Source: Propionicimonas sp. (lineage in GTDB: Bacteria; Actinomycetota; Actinomycetes; Propionibacteriales; Propionibacteriaceae). Taken from it: a stretch of DNA of 64,000 nt. Positions 58,831-64,000 of the stretch are shown in pieces. The first letter of the stretch is position 1. Every line of letters begins with the position of its first letter. Location of the stretch: contig NZ_JAYFPT010000012.1 of assembly GCF_034927565.1 (NCBI RefSeq), forward strand, positions 9,933 to 73,932, written 5' to 3'. The notes beneath the pieces are model-generated. The model saw only the letters and a list, made by a program, of their open reading frames with translations, ran no database searches and was not told the origin of the DNA. Made by a program: the position numbers and the translations under genes.

Positions 58831-59730
58831 ATGGACACAGTGATCTTCGACATCGGCGGCGTGCTCATCGAATGGGAGCCGGAGCGAGCCTTCGAACAGG
58901 TGATGCCGGCCGAGCAGGTACCGGCCTTCATGGCGCGGATCGGTTTCGCCGACTGGAACCACGGCAACGACGCCCGCGCCAGCATCATCGACGCCGAGGA
59001 CGATCTCGTCCGGAGGTTCCCCGGCGACGAGGTGGGCATCCGTGCCTACCGGCAGAACTTCCTGCACACGGTGACCCGGATGGTCCCCGGGACGCCGGCC
59101 GTCCTCGCCGAACTGCTCGGGCGAGGCATCACCGTCGGTGCCCTCACGAACTGGGCGGCCGACAGCTTCGCGCTCACCCGCGAACGCTTCGGTGTTCTGG
59201 GACGCTGCGCCGACATCGTGGTCTCCGGTGAGGAGGGTGTGATAAAGCCCGATCCCGCGATCTTCCGGCTGGCCTGCGAACGCCTGGGCGCCGCCCCGGA
59301 GCAGGCGGTGTTCATCGACGACTCCGCACGCAATGTCGCCGCCGCTGCCGAGGTCGGGCTCACCGGGCTGCACTTCACCTCTGCCGAGCAACTGCGTGCC
59401 GACCTGGTCGACCTCGGGCTGCTCGGCGAACGAGCGACGGTCAACCAGCCGGTCTATCACTGGGCGCTACGGTCCCGCTGGGAGTCCGCCCTCGCCGAGG
59501 GCGAGTACCCCTGGTCAAGCCGCGAGACCGGCTACCTCGCCGAGGGCTTCGTCCACTGCTCGTTCGCGCACCAACTGGACGGCACCCGCGAGCGGTTCTA
59601 CGCCGACCTGCCGAATGCCGACCTGACGCTGTTGCGGATCGACCCCGACCCCGACCTGCCGATCCTGGTGGAGGACGGCTACCCGCACCTGTTCGCACCA
59701 CTGCCACTGACCGCCACCGTCGTGGGTTGA
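58831..59730 (+). CDS. HAD-family phosphatase fused to DUF952
   Basis: FDIGGVL, LTNW, KPDP, FIDDS..N; C-terminal YH..., EGFVHCS, YPHLFAPL. Confidence 0.82.
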   Translation: MDTVIFDIGGVLIEWEPERAFEQVMPAEQVPAFMARIGFADWNHGNDARASIIDAEDDLVRRFPGDEVGIRAYRQNFLHTVTRMVPGTPAVLAELLGRGITVGALTNWAADSFALTRERFGVLGRCADIVVSGEEGVIKPDPAIFRLACERLGAAPEQAVFIDDSARNVAAAAEVGLTGLHFTSAEQLRADLVDLGLLGERATVNQPVYHWALRSRWESALAEGEYPWSSRETGYLAEGFVHCSFAHQLDGTRERFYADLPNADLTLLRIDPDPDLPILVEDGYPHLFAPLPLTATVVG

Positions 59731-59735
59731 TCGCC

Positions 59736-59815
59736 GTGTCGCGATTCTGCACCTCGATACAGTTCGGGCGCCAAAAACCGCCCCGCGGTGGAATCGACGT
59801 GCGGAATTGCGACAG
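59736..59815. repeat. 80-bp inverted doublet (23+34+23), copy 2
   Basis: gtgtcgcgattctgcacctcgat ... atcgacgtgcggaattgcgacag; same arms and spacing as 41547-41626. Confidence 0.8.
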
Positions 59816-59827
59816 ACCCCAGAGGCC

Positions 59828-61081
59828 CTACCCCTCGGTACCGCTGTAGAACGCAGCGAGCGCCCTGGCCAGGTAGCCGGGATCGGCCGTCCCGCACATT
59901 TCTCGGGCCGAGTGCATGCTGAGCAGCGGGATGCCGACGTCCACCGAGGTGATGCCCAGCCGGGTCGCGGTCAGTGGGCCGATGGTCGAGCCGCAGGGCA
60001 CCGCGTTGTTGGAGACGAACGGCTGGGTGGGCACCCCGGCGGCCCGGCAGACCTGCAGCCACAGCGCCGACGAGGGCCCCTCGGAGGTGTAGCGCTGGTT
60101 GGCGTTCACCTTCAGCAGTGGACCGGCATTCAGGCTGGGACGGTGGTCAGGATCGTGCAACTGCGGGTAGTTCGGGTGGACGGCGTGCCCGGCGTCCGCC
60201 GACACCACGAAGGAGCGGGCCAGCGCCCGCTCGTAACGGTCGGCGTCCCAGCCGAGTGAGCCTGCGATCCGCCGCAGCACGGTTTCCAGCAGCGGGCCCT
60301 GGGCACCGCTGCGCGAGCCGCTGCCGATCTCCTCGTGGTCGAAGCAGGCCAGCACCTGGATGTGGTCGGCGGGCTCGGATGCCAGTAGGCCAGCCAGTCC
60401 GGCGTGCACGCTGGAGAGGTTGTCCAGCCGGGCCGAGGCGAAGAACTCCCCCGCCACCCCGATCACCGCTGGCGCCTCGGTGACCGCGGAGAACAGGTCG
60501 TGGCCGTCGATCTCGTCGCGGTGGATGCCGAGCAGCCCGGCGACCGCGGCCAGGATGTCACCGGCGCCCAGCGCGAACACCGGCTTGAGGTGAACCTGCT
60601 TGTCGAGGTGCAGTTGATCGTTGACGCTGCGGTCCAGATGGGGGGCGATCTGCGGGATCCGCAGCCAGGCCGGGGTCGACACCAGGCGGACCGCACCGTC
60701 ACGGGTGATCACCCGGCCGGCCAGCCCGAACTCGCGGTCGAGCCAGGAGTTCAGCAACGGGCCGCCGTAGACCTCCATCGCCGCCTGCGACCAGCCGTAG
60801 GCGTACGCGGACGGATCGGGCTTCAGCTTGAAGCCCGGCGAGTCGGTGTGGGCGCCGACGATATGGAATCCGGACGGCCCGGCATCGGGCACCCGCCAGG
60901 CGACCACCGCGCCGTCCCTGACCAGATAGTGCGCACCACCCGCCCGCCAGGGTTCGTCTTCGCGCTGCTCGGTGAACCCCGCCTCGCCCAGCCGCCGGGC
61001 AACCTCGGCGGCGGCGTGGTAGGAGGACGGGGAGGCGGTGACGAAGGCTGCGAGATCGGCAAGGTGCTGGGACGGGTTCAT
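59828..61081 (-). CDS. apeB: M18 family aminopeptidase
   Basis: SPSSYHA, AHTDSP, RLDNL, FDHEEIGS, ADAGHAVHPN, MHSARE. Confidence 0.92.
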   Translation of the reverse strand: MNPSQHLADLAAFVTASPSSYHAAAEVARRLGEAGFTEQREDEPWRAGGAHYLVRDGAVVAWRVPDAGPSGFHIVGAHTDSPGFKLKPDPSAYAYGWSQAAMEVYGGPLLNSWLDREFGLAGRVITRDGAVRLVSTPAWLRIPQIAPHLDRSVNDQLHLDKQVHLKPVFALGAGDILAAVAGLLGIHRDEIDGHDLFSAVTEAPAVIGVAGEFFASARLDNLSSVHAGLAGLLASEPADHIQVLACFDHEEIGSGSRSGAQGPLLETVLRRIAGSLGWDADRYERALARSFVVSADAGHAVHPNYPQLHDPDHRPSLNAGPLLKVNANQRYTSEGPSSALWLQVCRAAGVPTQPFVSNNAVPCGSTIGPLTATRLGITSVDVGIPLLSMHSAREMCGTADPGYLARALAAFYSGTEG

Positions 61082-61200
61082 GAGGACGAGTCTGCCCCCG
61101 GCGGCCTGTCATCCGCCATCTGAAGCCGGACCCTCCCCCAGACCACCGCCACCCCACAAACCTGACCCACACCCCGGCACGGCGGTGCTGTCAGCATTAC

Positions 61201-61222
61201 TGTCAGTGGCCTCAGCCAGAAT
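61201..61222 (+). promoter_or_regulatory. PafBC/RecA-NDp-like DNA-damage promoter, leaderless
   Basis: TGTCAGTG-8 nt-CAGAAT, with ATG 7 nt downstream. Confidence 0.55.
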
Positions 61223-61229
61223 GTCTGGC

Positions 61230-62480
61230 ATGGACGATGTCGGGATGTTGATCGCCGGCCTGCTGGTCGGGATCGTCGTCGGCGCGGCTGCGGCCTGGCT
61301 GGTCGCCCGCGCCGAACTCGCTCGGGCGCAGGCCGGTACCGCGGGCGCGCTCGCCGAACGCGACGCGGCACGGGAACGGGCAGCCGAGATCGTGGCCGAC
61401 CGCGAGAACCAGCTTGCCCACTTCCGCGCGCTCTCGGCCGAACTGCTGCAGGGCCAGACCGCCCAGGTCGAACAGTCGGCCGAGCAGCGGCTGCGGGCCA
61501 CCGAGTCGCTGATGGCACCGATGCGCGAAACCCTGGAGGCCTTCCGTCAGCAACTGGGCGAGGTCGAGAAGGAGCGGGCGGCGCTCGCTACCGACCTGCG
61601 CAACCAGGTGACCGCCGTGAAACAGACCGGCGACCAGCTCCGCACCGAGACCGCGGCACTGGTGAGCGCGCTGCGCAAGCCCCAGGTGCGGGGCAACTGG
61701 GGCGAGCAGCAGTTGCGCCGGGTGGTCGAGCTGGCAGGCATGCTCGAGCACTGCGATTTCGCCGAGCAGCAGACCACGCGCAACGATTCCGGGGCGACCG
61801 TCCGTCCCGATCTGATGGTGATGCTGGCAGGCGGTAAGCGCATCTACGTCGACTCCAAGGTTCCGCTGGCGGCCTTCCTCGACGCCTGCGAGGCTGGCGA
61901 CGAGCCCACCCAGGCGCAGCATCTGCGGCGTTTCGCCCGGCATGTGCAGACCCACGTCGACCAACTCTCCCGGAAGGACTACTTCACCGCCGAGACCGCC
62001 AGCCCCGAGTTTGTGGTGCTGTTCCTGCCCAGTGAGGCGCTGGCCGCCGAGGCTTTCAGCCAGCTGCCTGACCTGCACGAGTACGCAGCCGCCCGCGGCA
62101 TCGTGCTCGCCAGTCCGACCTCGCTGATCGCCATGCTGAAGACGATCGCCTACGCCTGGCGGCAGGAGGCGGTCTCGGAATCCGCGCGCGAGGTGTTCCG
62201 GCTCGGACGGGAGCTGTACGACCGGCTCGGAACGCTGGGCAAGCACTTCAACCAGATCGGCAAGTCACTGACCGGAGCGGTCGCTTCCTACAACGCGGCG
62301 GTGGGCTCGATCGAGCACAGCGTGTTCCCGTCCGCCCGGCGGCTGCGGGAACTGAAGGTGGTCGACTCCGACCTGCTCGAGGTGCGGGCCAGCGATGCCT
62401 CGGTGCGCCAGCTGGGGGCACCCGAGCTGATCGAGGACGCCGCCGCCGTCCCGACCGTGCTCGGACGCGAGTCCGCCTGA
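61230..62480 (+). CDS. rmuC: DNA recombination protein RmuC
   Basis: N-terminal TM, coiled coil, RGNWGEQQL, RPD, DSKVP, FLPSE, SPTSL. Confidence 0.93.
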   Translation: MDDVGMLIAGLLVGIVVGAAAAWLVARAELARAQAGTAGALAERDAARERAAEIVADRENQLAHFRALSAELLQGQTAQVEQSAEQRLRATESLMAPMRETLEAFRQQLGEVEKERAALATDLRNQVTAVKQTGDQLRTETAALVSALRKPQVRGNWGEQQLRRVVELAGMLEHCDFAEQQTTRNDSGATVRPDLMVMLAGGKRIYVDSKVPLAAFLDACEAGDEPTQAQHLRRFARHVQTHVDQLSRKDYFTAETASPEFVVLFLPSEALAAEAFSQLPDLHEYAAARGIVLASPTSLIAMLKTIAYAWRQEAVSESAREVFRLGRELYDRLGTLGKHFNQIGKSLTGAVASYNAAVGSIEHSVFPSARRLRELKVVDSDLLEVRASDASVRQLGAPELIEDAAAVPTVLGRESA

Positions 62481-62518
62481 CATGCGGGCCGGGCCGTCTT
62501 GGTGCGGCCGGTGACAGA

Positions 62519-63790
62519 ATGCACGCTGTGAGTGCCGACACCCAGCTCGTGAACGCGAGCGCGATCGACGAGGCAGCGCACCGGCTCGACGGTGTCGCGG
62601 TCAGGACGCCACTGCAACTCGACGAGCGGCTCAGCGACCTGACCGGTGCCTATATCTGGCTCAAGCGGGAGGATCTGCAGCCCGTCCGCTCCTACAAGAT
62701 CCGCGGCGCCTACAACCTGATCGCCCAGCTCCCCGGCGCCGAGCGCGCCGCCGGGGTGATCTGCGCCAGCGCGGGCAACCACGGCCAGGGGGTCGCATTT
62801 GCCTGCGCGAAACTCGGCATCCGGGGCCGGGTGTACGTCCCGTCCACCACTCCTCGGCAGAAGCGGGAGCGGATGATCGCTCTCGGCGACGGGCTGATCG
62901 AACTGGTCGTGACCGGCGACAACTACGACGAGGCGGCGGCCGCCGCCTCAGCAGAAGCCGCCGCCAGCGGAGCGACCCTCGTCCCGGCCTTTGACGATCC
63001 CCGCACGATCGTCGGCCAGGGCACCCTCGCCCGCGAGATCAACGAGCAGTTCGGCTACTCCCCTGACGTCCTGGTACTGCCGGTCGGTGGCGGCGGGATG
63101 CTCGCCGGCTGCCTGACCTGGCTGACCGAGCGCAGCCCTTCGACCAGGGTCGTCGGTGTGGAACCGGCAGGCTCCCCCACCATGGCCACTGCCCTGGACG
63201 CCGGACGCCCGTGCGACCTGCCGACCCTGGACACCTTCGCCGACGGCGCCGCCGTCCGCCGGGCCGGCGATCTCACCTATGCGATCGCGGCCCGGCACCG
63301 CCCGGCGATGCTCACCGTCCCCGAGGGACGGATCTGCAGCGAGATGTTGCGGCTCTACCAGACCGAGGGGATCATCGCCGAGCCGGCCGGCGCCCTGGCC
63401 ACCGCCAGCCTGGGGCTGTTCCAGCCCGAGCCCGGGCAGGTGGTCGTGTGCGTGGTCTCCGGGGGTAACAACGATGTGTCACGCTACGCCGAGATCGTCG
63501 AACGCGCCTTGGTCTACGAGGGACGCAAGCACTACTTCCTGGTGAACTTCCCGCAGGAGCCGGGGGCGTTGCGCCGCTTTCTCGACGAGGTGCTGGGCCC
63601 CGACGACGACATCACGTTGTTCGAGTACGTCAAGCGTTCCAACCGGGAGACCGGACCAGCGCTGGTCGGCATCGAACTCGGGGATCCGGGCACGCTGCCC
63701 GCACTGCTTGCCCGGATGGCGGCCAGCCCGATGGGAGTCGAGGTGATCGATCCCGGCAGCCCGTCCTACCGGTTCCTGGTCTCAGGCTGA
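62519..63790 (+). CDS. ilvA: Threonine ammonia-lyase (short IlvA)
   Basis: LKREDLQPVRSYKIRGA, SAGNHGQG, PVGGGG, EPAGA, SGGNND, FPQEPGAL. Confidence 0.95.
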   Translation: MHAVSADTQLVNASAIDEAAHRLDGVAVRTPLQLDERLSDLTGAYIWLKREDLQPVRSYKIRGAYNLIAQLPGAERAAGVICASAGNHGQGVAFACAKLGIRGRVYVPSTTPRQKRERMIALGDGLIELVVTGDNYDEAAAAASAEAAASGATLVPAFDDPRTIVGQGTLAREINEQFGYSPDVLVLPVGGGGMLAGCLTWLTERSPSTRVVGVEPAGSPTMATALDAGRPCDLPTLDTFADGAAVRRAGDLTYAIAARHRPAMLTVPEGRICSEMLRLYQTEGIIAEPAGALATASLGLFQPEPGQVVVCVVSGGNNDVSRYAEIVERALVYEGRKHYFLVNFPQEPGALRRFLDEVLGPDDDITLFEYVKRSNRETGPALVGIELGDPGTLPALLARMAASPMGVEVIDPGSPSYRFLVSG

Positions 63791-64000
63791 GGCGGCCCGC
63801 AGATCCTTGCGGAGTTCGGGAGGCAGTGCGAAGACCAGATTCTCCTCGGTGAGGCGCTCCTCGACCGCGGCCGGGAAGCCCCTCTCCTCCAACAGGGTCA
63901 GCACACCCTGCACGAGTTCATCGGGAACCGACGCACCCGAGGTCACCCCCACGCTGTCGACCCCCTCCAGCCATTCGGACCGGACCTCGGAGGCATTGTC
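63782..64000 (-). CDS. ispH: 4-hydroxy-3-methylbut-2-enyl diphosphate reductase, C-terminal part
   Basis: Manual translation ...EWLEGVDSVGVTSGASVPDELV...FALPPELRKDLRAASA*; not in the ORF track. Confidence 0.88.
   Translation of the reverse strand, partial: DNASEVRSEWLEGVDSVGVTSGASVPDELVQGVLTLLEERGFPAAVEERLTEENLVFALPPELRKDLRAASA

Overview
High-GC actinobacterial chromosomal window. Gene content (pflBA, xylAB, araA, acyl-CoA carboxylase, lpdA-punA-pmm) suggests a facultatively anaerobic Propionibacteriales member; this is inference. Most of it is housekeeping and metabolism: purEK, birA/accD/accE/accA, xylose and arabinose catabolism, metG, pit, pullulanase, ychF, apeB, rmuC, ilvA and partial ispH. 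It also holds a four-gene nonulosonic-acid (Kdn-like) glycopolymer cluster and an accessory stretch at about 45-57.6 kb (AlkZ-like glycosylase, papain-like protease plus chagasin-type inhibitor, vapBC, several GNATs, MarR and MerR modules). Main unexplained signals: (1) an AbiEi-N/DUF559-like nuclease gene embedded in arrays of 46-bp palindromes, with a DnaA-box pair upstream; (2) dispersed 80-bp inverted doublets (23+34+23) of unrelated sequence; (3) a protease-propeller fusion translationally coupled to its probable inhibitor; (4) a cas-less type I-E-like repeat-spacer-repeat unit; (5) an unannotated Cys-rich leader peptide with a terminator upstream of a DAACS transporter. All calls come from reading motifs by eye; no searches were run.
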